DNA of 63,961 bases, the filler included, from Collodictyon triciliatum (lineage: Eukaryota): assembly GCA_043381765.1 (NCBI GenBank). It is 6 parts of 6 records of this genome, joined end to end, with 100 filler letters (N's around TTAATTAATTAA, not from the genome) between each part and the next. Parts side by side here need not be neighbours in the genome. Positions count along the whole stretch, not along the records: positions 28,769 to 43,044 come from JBHJMP010001845.1; positions 43,145 to 57,417 come from JBHJMP010001846.1; 4 more parts are not named here. One strand, given 5' to 3'. Positions 40,101-53,700 of this stretch are shown here, one piece after another. The notes beneath the pieces are model-generated. The model saw only the letters and a list, made by a program, of their open reading frames with translations, searched no databases and had not been told where the DNA came from. The first letter of the stretch is position 1. Every line of letters starts with the position of its first letter. The position numbers were made by a program, and so were the translations under genes.

Positions 40101-40969
40101 AATTCTCGTATTAGCAACACAATATCTTGTTGTCCAGTCTATGATTTCAATTAAAAAAACAGTATGTAACACTGAAAGGGAGCACTGATTTTCAAGACTG
40201 TAACAATAACCAAACTAGAGGCAATTAATCGCGCAAAAATCAGATTAAACTGTCTTTTGTTTTAATTCGTTCAATCAAATCGACATTAAGAATTAATTAC
40301 TTTTAACTCTGTCTTTACTAGGTGTTGACCGTGTTGTTTTTGATTTTTGGGGACCAGCAGGTATATAATTTTGTAAACAAAACGAAACAAGGCAAAGTGT
40401 TATGAATTTTGTTTTGATTCTACTCAACTGTACCTCCATCAATTAATACCTCGTTTCACATCTTACGAGTATATTTTTTTTTTAAAAAAAACGAGAATGA
40501 CTTTGACTACCTCATTATTTTACGCCTTAAAGCGATTACCTTTGAGTCTATTATCACCAGCTCCTGTGTGAACTTTTCAGATTTTTTTTCTTAATGATAC
40601 CATTCCAGTTGTTTTATTATTAATAATTGTGTAGTGGAAGAGGCGGACATGTATGCGTCGTGCTGCCCTCCGCAGGCTATTCGTGTTTCAGAAGAAATCT
40701 CTCATTGCGTCCAGCACGTGCCCAGTCTTTCGATAGAAACAATTACAACCAATGAAATACAATACTATGTATCCTCAGTGACGAACGTCTGGGCAAACTT
40801 TATCAAGCACGCAAACTGGGCCTCTCATTCACCCGGGATTTCTCTTGATTTGATGATGCAACAAGAACAACAAGAACAACAACAAGAACAACAACAAGAA
40901 CAACAACAAGAACAACAACAAGAACAACAACAAGAACAACAACAAGAACAACAACAAGAACATGAATAA
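34175..40969 (+). CDS. Membrane class III nucleotidyl cyclase-like protein (TM-C1-TM-C2), catalytically degenerate, with a (QQQE)n tail; internal N gap
   Basis: C1: TLMVINLKGFHKF, LEKVKTFGSRYF, LQISIAIEYGHALGSVIDFSKRNFDVLGD, DPGRI. A second TM block, then SKRILTSFLPRDIIDQL. C2: LSIRIGIARGTIMGGIIGVDRVVFDFWGPAVEEA, PQAIRVSEE. Confidence 0.72.
40859..40960 (+). repeat. Coding 12-bp repeat (CAACAACAAGAA)n giving a QQQE tail
   Basis: Directly visible, in frame just before the stop at 40967-40969. Confidence 0.85.
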
Positions 40970-41845
40970 TAACACTAACTTTCAACCGCTATGGACTTTT
41001 TAGATGAAAGAATAATAATAAAAAAAAACTAGTGCCGTAAAGTTGTATCTCTGCCCTTTTACTTATTCAATTAAACAAGATTGTGGCATTTGCATGTAAA
41101 ACTCTAACAAGTCACATCCTTCAACATTTTTAAAATCTTGCAAGAAATAGCTTCATGTTGGTATTTCGTACAAAGTCGGCGTGTTCATGATTACTATTAT
41201 TTTACCATATTTGTTGATTTCTAGACATGGGGGAATTGTTTGTTTAGTTTAAGGGACTCATATTCACTCATCTGCATCGTTGAAGCGACCAATGATGCAA
41301 TTTTTTCGGTTTCTTTTAAAGAGTTTATTGAGAGAAAACAAAGCCGAGGAAACCGCCTTCGCCTCTAGGACAAAAAAGAGCTGTGGACAAGACAGTGAAA
41401 ACCCGGATTATGTGGTTGGAGTTTTTGTGTTTTGGGTGGAAGGAAAGAAAAAGAAAAAAGAAAATAGAAAGCGACCAACAATGCGATAAAATTTTTGTGT
41501 ATGTCATTGCTGTTCGGACTTGAAATGCGCCTTTGAATTATAGGGTGGGATACTTTTGGTTTGAAATAAATGAAAAGGACACATTATTTAAACCATTCCA
41601 ATATCCAAGAGGTGACATCGCCTGTTTCTAGGAGCTATATCATATGTGTTAAATTGATTGCAAGAGGCGCATACTTGCGTACTTTCGTGATTACACTACG
41701 CACTAAATAATAGGAATAATGATAAAATAATACGGAATGATATTAGCAGAATTCATGTGTAGAATCCAATCAGTGTCATCACCCAACATATCTAATCACG
41801 AATATGAAGCTGGGAAGAAAAAGACCTGCGAATTGAATGCAGACG

Positions 41846-42010
41846 CTATGCTCTTATCCATGAAGTTACTCCATTCTCTGTCTTTACTTGGAACTTAGAC
41901 CCCGTTTCTACTATTTCCTGGCAAACAAACGACATCAATCAGTGCCATAAATAGAGGTAATTCAGAAAACAAAACAAAACAAAACAAAACAAAACAAAAC
42001 AAAACAAAAC

Positions 42011-42041
<31 letters not shown>

Positions 42042-42743
42042 ACAAAAAATCTCATGCGGTTCATAGTCTCAAAAACACTGCCGAATTACTATTCTATTTT
42101 TCACACAAGACGATAAAATGTGGTGTCAAACCTTCTTGTCGGACCAGGCCAACACCTTCTGAGAAATGTCGTTTGGTGGCGTCCAGGTTTTGAAGTCAGC
42201 ATTAGGCATTGCAGCTCTGTTACTTGGAGTGTCCAATGTCTCCTGTAGACCTCATGTAAGATATTTTTATTTTCATTTTTTATACCAATGATGAAGGGCA
42301 TTTACGCAATCTACAAACCGGCATTATAGCAACAGCTCTTGTATCCTTTGGAAATGTCGTATCAGACGCAACAGAGAGCAGAAGATGGTGGATGGCCGCC
42401 TTGGTCATCCCGTACGCAACCATACTGGGCGTTGGGTCTAAGGCTGCAGATGCTCCAGTCAACAAAAACAAACCACCTGGCTAATGAAAAAGACAAAGCT
42501 ATATGAGGCGTCGGATCAACTATCAATCAAACTGGGGACATGGAAAATTGTTTGTGTGTGGGACATTTTCTTCATGAAATTCTGAATTTGATACGATTAC
42601 CTTGAGGAATTTGGCTGCAATATGAGCTGCGAGAATGGCAGGTTTCACATTGGCATCGTAAAGAGTTTGCAGGGAGTCGAAAGCATCTGCATCTCCAACA
42701 GAAACGCCTTTCCAACTACCAGCAACACACAGCACAGCATCGA
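41846..42743 (-). CDS. QDPR: Dihydropteridine reductase (SDR family); 5' end missing
   Basis: VDAVLCVAGSW, GGLFLLTGASAALDPTPSMVAYGMTKAAIHHL (YxxxK), [28 protein letters not shown]. Stop at 41846-41848. Confidence 0.92.
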
Positions 42744-42916
42744 CTGATAGAGTTAAATATCAATTGATAGGTTTTTTTTTTAACCGAATGTTGCCACTGA
42801 ATGCACATGTAGTGGTAATAAAAAAAAATAGGCATTCATAAACAGCTAATGACGAGTAGTCCCATGACGTTGGTTTTATATGATTTTTTCTCAAAAAAAG
42901 TTCATTTGTAATATTG

Positions 42917-42918
<2 letters not shown>

Positions 42919-43015
<97 letters not shown>

Positions 43016-43044
43016 TAATAATAATAATAATAATGATAATAATA
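42919..43044. repeat. (AAT)n microsatellite at scaffold end
   Basis: Directly visible. Confidence 0.95.
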
Positions 43045-43144
43045 NNNNNNNNNNNNNNNNNNNNNNNNNNNNNNNNNNNNNNNNNNNNTTAATTAATTAA
43101 NNNNNNNNNNNNNNNNNNNNNNNNNNNNNNNNNNNNNNNNNNNN
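43045..43144. other. Artificial scaffold-joining spacer
   Basis: 44 N + TTAATTAATTAA + 44 N. Confidence 0.97.
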
Positions 43145-43146
43145 CA

Positions 43147-44090
43147 CAACTCCTTCGTGAGGAGCTGGAGCCGTTCAGACCGTCCCACGTAGATATAAAA
43201 AAGGACAAAGGCTTCTTCACAGACATAGCCGTAGTGAAGCTTCTTTGCCACAAGAACCAGCTCCCTGCAAAGTTTACATTCATGACAAAAAAGTGTCCAA
43301 AGCGCATCCTCAAATAGCTTCCACCAGCCGCGAACAACGAATGACAAGTAAAGCTCCACAAAAGAATACAACCTGCCAAGCAGACAAGCAGCAACGGGGT
43401 CAAGGAAGCCAAGGCCAGGCGACAACATCAGAGTCCGCATGACTCACAGCAGATACGCGCATACAGCGACAGCGACGATGACATGGAAGGAAATCTCGGT
43501 TCCTCTTCAGAATCCTCGCCCTCGAGCCCTTCATCGCCAACGCCGGACAAGCCCGCACATCGCAAGACCCAAGAGCAGCGCATCTCCAAACCCCGAATGA
43601 AATCCCCCTTAAACTATCCATTCAGACTGACGTGAATATGGTTAACATAGGAGGCATCAAGGCAGTCATTGTTACTTATCCGAAAGGATACTCCCAAGCG
43701 AAGGCAACACAAGAACCAGCGCCCACCAAAGATAGTCCGTTTCCCCTGCCCCAGCCCGTCGCACAGAGAACCAAGGAGCAAGAACAAACAGCACGAGTCT
43801 AATCCAAGCTTGGAACTTCACACACCAAAGACATTCCAAGCAAGCAGGAGCGTATGTTTCTAAAAACCACAAGCGCGCATCCATACCCCGGTAAAGCAAA
43901 GACCACTGCCGGCTACGCATGGTTCCAAAACCAGGGGACGGTCAAGCGCCACTTCCGATAATACCAGACAAACAACGATGTATCGCTTTTTGTCAGAATC
44001 TCCCGGCAAGAAACGCAAGGAAAGTGACCCGTTGTCCCTCAAAAGACTCATCCTGTGGAATGAAATAGGATGTAAACCTTGTCCGAGATA
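43147..44090 (+). pseudogene. Possible decayed, intronless coding fragment (weak resemblance to a non-LTR retrotransposon ORF1)
   Basis: QLLREELEPFRPSHVDIKKDKGFFTDIAVVKLLCHKNQLPAKFTF, then S/P/K-rich sequence broken by stops, ending LKRLILWNEIG. Pattern resemblance only. Confidence 0.22.
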
Positions 44091-44708
44091 GACAGTTGAA
44101 AGGACTCGTTGGAATCGATTTTAGAAGCAACTGCCATGTGCGTACTTTCATCGACCCGACAACTTTATCCGCTCTTCTGTCAGTCTCGAATACAACCAGA
44201 AATCGCGTTGGAGCTGATTCACCTCGGGTAGAATGGTCTGCGTGTGAGAACACTTTCTCTCCTTTCTATTTTTTTTTTCTTTTTACCCAAAACACAAAAA
44301 CTCCAACCACACAATCCGGGGGTTTCATTTGCCTCACCCACAGCTAATTATTGTCTTAGAGGCGAGGGCAGTCTCCTCGGCTTTGCTCTTTTCCACAAAT
44401 TTTATTTGCCTATCTTACAAATGTTTGCCTCCCCTTGGTGGACTACAACCACCATAACTGGCCGCATCGTTTTTTTCCGGTGCACTAAAATGGAAGCAAA
44501 CCCTATCGGAACTGAAAAGTAAAATAAGAGGAAAAAATTATCAACTTGCAATTAGCAACAGATTTAGGCGCGATATTGCTATTGTTTCATACCTCTGACT
44601 TGCAAAAAGGCTGGATGCAATCAAAAAATGTAAGATTTATGGTGATGATACAATCTCTAATTTTGCAACGATTCTTCTTTTCATTCCCTCAATCTTCCAC
44701 ATTCTAAT

Positions 44709-47700
44709 TTATTTTCTCTGAAATGATGTGCTCCAGTCTATGACAATCGGAGCCTTTGCAGAGGATTTGGCGAGGTTGGGCTCGTCAATTGCTGTTCGGG
44801 AGATTTGCATGTACCTCGTCCACGCTTGTGGATTGTCTTCGTCCTGTCATCAGATAGTGAACAGGTCATTCAGTAGCAGCAAAGAATTGAATGACCATGA
44901 ATTCAATGAGGGTAGTTCATTTCTTGTGCATATTGTTTCCTTATGACCCATTTCAATCCCAAAAAACAAGGATGAGACATTTAATCTCACTACAAACAAA
45001 TACATTGGGTAAGGATATTACAAAGTCGTCCTCAACTTCGCTCAAGGATGTCAGAGAGTCGTCGCTATCTACTGGGTGATTACCCAACGCGGTTCCATCG
45101 CTGTCCTCAGAAGCCTCCACCCCGCTGGATGCATCAGAATTTTCCTCCTCTGACAGCAGGTCTCGATCAGTATTCAATTGGGCATGTAGTGCTTCCTTTG
45201 CGATATTTTTTGCCTTGGCCCCTCGCTTTTTCTGCAGTGGTGTTTTTTTGAGCTCAAAACAAGAGTATAGCAAATTTTACGAGGAGGCATAAAACCCAGA
45301 TAGATTTGGAAACGTTTTTCTTCATACAATGGCTCACATTAAAAGCGAAACAAAGTGAAAAAAAAGTGAAAAAAGAAAGAGAGAAAGAAAGACCTTCGTG
45401 ATAGAACGAATAGCCACCAAGGTAGGTCTAAGTGATAAAGGAACACATGAATCACTGGATAGTATTTTAAATCTAATTGCATTGGCCATCAAAGCTAAAT
45501 GGATTTTTTTTTAATATTTAAAAAACGAAACACACATTTTTCTTTTCTTTGCTTTTTTGCACGATGGAGCCGACGTTCTCATTTCCTGTATTTCATCAGT
45601 TTCTATACGAAAAGTAAAACACCAAAATAAATTTTGATTATCTGCATTTTATTTACATATTCTCTGATTTTGATGAAATTACAATATGTACCGCGAGCAT
45701 AATAGAAAATAAAATAAAATCAGGAAATGTAGGTATACACAGATGACATGTACTATTATACCTCTTTGTATTTCTTCGTTGGAATCAAAAAGGTGATAAG
45801 CTTCTTGGACATATTCCATGTAATTTGTGAGTTTGCCGTGGCTGACGATAAGGGGGTTCAAAAGTACCCTTAAAATATCGTGTTGTGCTCTAATACAACA
45901 AGCCAATCGAGTAAATATACGACATAAAGAACAATACATAATAGCCATCAAAATGGTATTTACGCAAGATTGGGACCCTTCATGGATTCGATGAGCGATG
46001 ATACGACCGATAAGGCTTCATTTGAAATATGTAGAAACCCGCATACAACGCTGACATCTAGATGCACCACGAGAGACATAAAATGCAAGTGTAAAAGCTG
46101 ATATTAATAGAGAGTAGACCATGACCAGAGAAGCCTGAAGCAATGGGTAATGATAAATCATTTTCCAATTTTAAGGTCTGGCTGAGTTCTATCATGCATT
46201 CGTTTTTTTAGAGATATTCTAGCATATATGAAAACGACTACTAGACTAGGACGGTTTTGTACCTTTTGTAGAATCAGGATGAGACACAACCCTAAATATG
46301 TCCTTTAAGGTTGTGTAAAGATATTGAAGAATGATGACCGACCCGTGAGCAAGATTTCGGCAAACTCTGCGAACGAAGGACTCGTCGGTTATGATATTAT
46401 CCAACTGCCTTCCTTGGGAATGCGCAGTCCTTTGCTGTCTGGTTTTTTCACGGTGCTCTATACTTGAACTTTCTTTTGATGTGGGTTTCTGTCTCGGTGA
46501 TATCAGCCTCTGGAATACTCCGAAAAGTTTTTCATAGAGTTCGAATAAATATTTGTGCTCTTTGTAAGGATTGCTTTTGTCAAGGTCAGTGATTGTTTCC
46601 ATCCATGCGATAATCAAGCATCTTGTAAATTCATGAAAGAATGACTCAAACGTTTCATAATTCAGGAGATAAAACTGGTGGTGTTCCTGGTAACAGAGGA
46701 AATAAAGTATAGTGGTTCAGATTCTCTGGTCCAAGGTCATCCTCTGAAATACATGCAATCGGGATGTATGAAATACATCTATCAACCATTATCGTTCATA
46801 TGACATCCGCGATGGGAAAAAAATCCAACAAATATTATATCTTGAAATTAAATGAATAAATATACATCTGCTGATGAATCCAAAAGCTCTGCTAAAATAT
46901 CGATGATTTGATCAAGGGCCTGAAATGTTATTAAATTTTTAATTTTTCAAATTATAGTATTAGAGGATGTAAGAAAAAACCAAAACGAAAAAAAAAAAAA
47001 AAAAAGGCAAATCGACCCAAACGCCGTGTTTTGGGAATTTTATGCGTTTCGTTTTCGTTTTTGTTATTGTTATTTATTTATATGTGTTTCGTTTTCGTTT
47101 TCGTTTTGATTTTTGTTTTGTTAAAAAAAAAAAAAAGGTAACCTTTAGAAGGCTGGAGCGGCTGGAGTTCACAAAAAGGATTGTTAAAAGATAGGAGCAG
47201 CACTTGGACAAAGGTGTATCCTAGGTAAAAATAAAAATAAAAATTAGTATAATTATTATGTCCATCACGAATTAAGACTAGAAAGGAATTAGAATGATGG
47301 CCAATTGCACTGAAAAGGCTGTTCATTTCATACATTAATTTTTCGATTAATCATATAGAAATGCATACGACTTTCCATTTGTGCACAACATATTTCCTTG
47401 CTCGGTAAAGATCTTAACCAATTTTTTAAAAAGGAAAGACAAGAAAAGGTCAGGTCAATAGCTATACAAAGAGATTTCTTCCAAATAGCAGTTGTTTTTT
47501 TTTATCTAAAAAAACAAAACAACAACAACTACATCATTTACCCTGGTGCAAATTTCCATGGAACCAGCTGGCATCAGAGAAGTTGACTTGAGGCAGAAGC
47601 TAGTATGATGTGAATTAATCGGCCAATATGACATATGATTTACGTTTGATGGTGAACTTGTATCAAGTTACTAAATGCTTATACAAGCATTACAAAAGTT

Positions 47701-50700
47701 GGCATATTACGTGGAAATTATTAGCTGAGTAGGGGATGACAAAAAGGGTCTTCAATAATGACCAAAGAACACGCGAAACCTATTTTTCATTTTACAAATT
47801 TGTTGAAAAATTTACATGAGTGGATTGGGTTATTGTAAAACAAAAATTATTTTAGCTGCAAGAAAGCATCCACACAAATAAAAGATAAGGTATTTTGGAA
47901 TTGCAAACTATGGACCTCTTCGTGGTGTCTTGGCTCCTGTGCTATCAGGTGCATGATGCCCAAAGACATGCACGCTCCTGCTAAATCCTCACTAGACCGC
48001 ACTTGTTTTTCAAAAAAATCCAAACACTTGTCGATGGGATTACCCGTATCCTGATCGGTAAAGTGTTGTTATACATGAAACAAAATAAAAAATAAAAAAA
48101 TTCTCCCAAATCAAGAAAACCAATAAAAAAAAATTAAAATATAATTCAGATGTAAATCGAATAGATTTGAGAGAGAGGAAATAGAGACATAATATCTGAT
48201 TTCATACTAAAAGAAAGAGTCCTTGGCACAACTTGGCCACTGTAAGCAATCCATCCGAACCGTTCGTCCTGGAAATACCTGAGCTAATCCTTTTTTTCAC
48301 ACACATATTGAACGCCATCGTTAAAATGCCGAGAATGCTCCTATCAGTATCAAGACTCCATAAGTATCCCTCCTTTTTTTTTCAGGTTTGGAATGTGGAA
48401 TGAGGAAATGGCCCGTTGTGTAGACATCATGTTTTTCCTTTATATTTTTCATTCTTTCATAATTGCATACCATTTGATAGCAAAGCTGGCATTCAAGCGG
48501 TCGGTAATAACGATTCTTTCATCGTCCTAGATTAAAGAACTTTAGGCCAAGCGTCAACAGAGAGCAAACTATAAAACCCATACTGATTTTATTCCGATAG
48601 TGGACCTCATTTCAATGCTGGCTTTGTGATGAAACTCGAGAAAACGCATCAAGGCTCCACACAAGCTCACCTTTTTTTTTTAAAAAAAAAAATACGCATT
48701 ATTCGATGTGAAAATAGTTTATCAATAACCACAAATGACTTAGGCCGAACCCAGCCGAAAAAAAAAAACGCTTTTTAAGCTGCAAATATTTTAGCCCTAA
48801 TTTTGGGCGGAGAAGATGAATGATTTCATGCGATGTAGAATTTAAGATAAAATAGATGCAACAATGACCATATCGCTTTCTTGCTGTTGACTAGGTTTCT
48901 CACGAATGATTTTTTCAATACTAAACAATTGCGAACTAGAGCAGAAATCCGTCATATTTTTGAGTATTATAAAAACATCCTTAATTAAAAAAACCTTAAC
49001 CAGGTGAAATCACTTGATATCAAGATAAAAAGAAAACCTTTGTAGACCAATCACACTCAATGAGTGGTACTGCTGAATGACGCTTATAAATGGGCGAACG
49101 TAGAATGCAGGATGGTTATAGTTTAATGACCCACCAAAATCCCTACAATCAATATATATATATGATTTTTAATCATAAAGAAATATTCTACTGTGTGCTA
49201 TTACATATGAAAGTTTGATGATTATCCGAATAACATAGAAATGTGAAAGGGAAATCAGTGATTAAATTATGACATAGGCCTCGCTTTATCTCTGAATCAA
49301 ATGTTAAACATCAATGCAGACATATACAAATATATGTATATAACTGGTACATGGACGAGGTTGGTACATCTACGATTAAGTGGATGTTTTGGATTATCCA
49401 GGTGTAGAGCCCCATTAAAACTTTGTTTATAATAGAGCCAAATACCAATAGATTTATAGTTTTTGGGAAGGCTGCGATAAATTTCTATACAGATAATATC
49501 AAAATAAATTATTAATTACCAAGTCATTCGAATTCAGTTCGTCATCTATTTTACCTCAATGGCGTAGAGTGAAAATGCAGCATAGATGAAGGAATTCTCT
49601 TTGCATGTTTCAAACGAGCTAAATGTATATGAATATGATTCCCCTTTTCAATAGCTAAAATCGAATGTCTAAAAAAAAAAAGACAAGAAAAAGAACCTTG
49701 TCGATGTTTCTCCTCCTCTGGACACTTGTATTGCACTGGTGTACAAACAAAAAGTCACATAGTACCTGAGCAGCACTCCTGAGTTTTATTTTTGGAGGTA
49801 AGATATGATGCAATAAAAAAAAAAGGATAAAATTGCATTGACACAAAGATCAAACGTTACATTTTGAACACACTTCTGGTTTACAAGAAGAGTTTTACTT
49901 TATTTTATTTTTAAAATTGAATGCATGTCACCTGATAAGTAATCTATAGACTCCCTCAATTCTGTTTTTTCGAAATTCCTTAGCGATTCAACCATCGCTT
50001 CAATGTGATTCTGAATAAAGCCCAAATCCTCAAGTAAGCCACTGTAGCTTTCCTTTCCTTGCCTCTTGGTAGGCTTTACGTTCTCTGAAGGAAAACTCAA
50101 TGATAATCCACAAAACCATTCATGAAAGTCTGATGGCTGTCAGGGAAGAGGATTAAATCACTAAATTGAATATCAATTATGAATTCCAACAAGGAACAGA
50201 AAATCATGACATTATGATAAAAATAAAGGAATTTATTTTCAACTTAGATAAGACATGCTATTACGCTTAATTGTCTGGACTTTATTGCAAGGAGGCAACT
50301 GTATGAAATATAAAGTGATTATTGGCAATTTAATCAATCCTATGATAAACCGAGTCGATAAAAATGAAAAAACTCTTTCTTTGTTGTTTTGGACTTGTTC
50401 TCACCAAATTAAATAAAGAGAAAGAAAGTAGACGCTTTTTAGAATTTTTTTTAATACTTTATGTTTTTGTAAATGGATTCCAGTTCGTTTTCAGACTGGA
50501 GTATGTAAATAATGTTTATTTTAGCTGTTTCCTTCATGAAGAAGACAGCAGATCTAGGTAAAAAATAAATAAATAAATTGGATCATTGAAAAAAAAAACA
50601 GAAATTATAAAAATACACGATTAAATATACCGAACAGTAGACTACGATACATACATTTTTGGAGTGGATCTGTCCGCGGGGAAAAGCGTGTGGACTTTTT

Positions 50701-53700
50701 GCTCCCTATTCAATTGCATTATAAAAATACAAAGTGTAATGGATTGAAATGATGCCTTTATTCCATACTAATTGAACTACTGGCATTTATTTATTAGAAT
50801 AATAAAAGAAAACTTACTCAAATATTTCCTCATCTATTTTCTTTGAGTAAGCCAGCTTATGGCTCAAATACACTTCAATGACATTCTTTAGAATCCCATC
50901 CATATTATCCTTCAGATTATCAATAGAATAATTTCCAAGCCATTTTTTAAAAAAAATATATCAGTGGATATGGTAAAGAATGCAACTATATTCTATGTTT
51001 ACATCAATGAACGGTTAAAATTATTCAGAATATCTACTTCACTGAGAACTTCGATGTTATATTCTACTAAGTCAAGAATAATATTGTTCACGTATGGATC
51101 TGATATCTGAGCTGAGAGAAAAGAATATTGAGGTTATCATCCGTTTTATCTCGATCGTCGAAAGGAGCGAGCGTGAGTAATGGACTTTTTGAAAAACTCA
51201 CGCATTTGACATATGGCGTTGACAATAATATGTGCTTCATCATCTGAAACCACGCTTTGGTGGAGAAGATGGCAGGCAGAGATGATTCCTATCATTTTAT
51301 ATGATAATAACATTTATTTAACTCATATAGTGAATGGTTCAACGCAATTAAAAAAATGAAACCTGAACGCAACGAATCCATTTGGGATGAGAATAACTTT
51401 TTTTGAATATAAATCATAAAGGAATGTTGAAGATTGCTCTCCGGCCTAGTAAAGCAACACACTGCAGTATAACCAGCAAGAATTATGAAGGGTGATGAGA
51501 AAACTGAAGACACGATGAATAATTTTGGTCCAATTTCTTCATATTATATGCCTCATATTTTCCTACCCGAAAATACATGAAAAAGTCTGTGAAGGAGAGA
51601 AATCTGCAAACCATCTACATAATGTAATGTTTCTTCTAGTATATGCCTATGAAAAAAAAGGTTTGACACGATTTCATTTTTATTTGTCTATCAAATGGCG
51701 TGATAAGAAATTGCACGAGGGAGATGAATATCTATTTTTTGGAAACGAATAACGATGAATTGGTAACGCTTACACGCAATCAGCAAGCTGCTCAGTATGG
51801 GACTTGCATATTCTCAAAAGACACATGGATGCGGAAACTGCACTGCATACAAACTTTCGACACTGATCTACTTCTTTTGTTGTCCAAGCACGCTCCAGGT
51901 TTCTTTGATGATTTTCAGAACATGAACATATGCATCAGGCATACAAACTTGGATGAATTCTTTTGTGTGTTTTTAAAAGGGCATGAAGCTAACCTTTCTT
52001 CACTTGACGGACAGTTCGTTATATGAGACAACAATGTTGACAAAATCTTTTTTAAAAAAAAAAAGAACAATAATTTAATAATAATACTGAATTGGCACCG
52101 TAACTAAAAGAACAAACTATATCTAGGGTGTGCATCTATTGAAGAAGAAATCGAGAGAGAGAAAAAAACAACCATATGTCTTGTCTCTGGATAATAGACG
52201 AATATGACATCCATCATGATGACAGGGAGATCTGAGTTCCCTTTCGAAAGAGATATTCGATCCAGAAATTGGCTAGCAAACTGAACGCAAGTGTCATTTC
52301 GGAACTCGGATTCAAGATATAACTGTGTTCCTAGTCTTTGTGTTTGTTGAAATTTTGAATTCGGCAATGGGATAGCGCAAATGTAATTGATATGAAACTT
52401 GACATTTTCAACATAGCTTTGCCTGACCACCAACATCACTGTTGCAAAAGTTAGAATTCAAGTATTGAAATAAATGTACGTACTGGATGGCTTTATGATT
52501 TAGTAAATCGTACTGAAGAGCTCTTACCAACACCTGCGTTACTAATTTCCTTTCTATTTTTTTTATAAAAAAAAAACATATAGAAAATTGTGAGATTATA
52601 CTACTGATTGGTCCGCAAAATATCTATTTTGAATGAACAGCCATATTAAATGTACATATCTTTGTTTCGTATGCATGTACCTCTTGTCCTTGAATACAGG
52701 ACCATCACAACTGCAAAGTCCATAGGGATCCAACCAGAATACCTGAGAAAAAATGGTGTAATATTAGTGAGAAATGGTAAAATGTAAAAAAAAAAAAAAA
52801 ATTATCAAGTGTACAAGAACTATTAGTATTAGCAATTAATATGCTTGGTTACGTACCTTTGAAGACTTTGGTAAAAGGATTGAACTAATGCGCCCAAGGA
52901 GATGGGGAAAAAATTGATAAATAAACAGGCATGTGTATCAATGCGGTAGGTAATCGTAAATTCTCTATATCAGTTTTTACCTGCTGAATTGTTTGACCGA
53001 AATGATGAACAAATGACTTCAAAAATCAGTGGATTTGAATCCTAGTATGACAGAAATTGTAACTCAAGTAAGAGAGTTTAGTATTTGAAAATATAACTAT
53101 ACCAAATTCGCTTTTTCAATATGCCTCCGAATAAAGTCGATTGTGTTTGGATTAGCCTCTATACAAGAAATAATGGTAAAAAAAAATTAATCAAAAGGCG
53201 ACGTTTAAAATATCCAACCAACATCATGGTTTGATTAAATTTCAAATAATATTAACTGCTTCTCAGTGTTTTCAGAAGGCACGATACTAGAGCTGGTAAA
53301 TCTGATTCGTTAACCACATCAATCGATCCCTGGGTAAGAAGAAGCAAGAAAAAGAAGAGAAAAAGAGGCACACGAACGAAATTTTTAACCAATAGATAGT
53401 GTAAAATATAGTCATCTTTGGAATGAAATTCCATAATTATCAAGATTAAGAACAAATGAGCAATTTAATTTTTCGAAACAATTAACTCCCGAATACCTGG
53501 ATCAAACTCATCACACGGTTCTTGGAAAAAAATTAGAAAAAATCAGAAAAAAAATCGAGTATGATTGAGTTAAAATGAAACACGTTTTACAACTAACAGG
53601 GTTATTCGCCCTTCAATTTGTAAACATTTCGGTCGAAATATATATCTTTGGTACACTCCAGTTGGACTCATTTAAAAGAGATGAATAAGAACCTCTAGTC

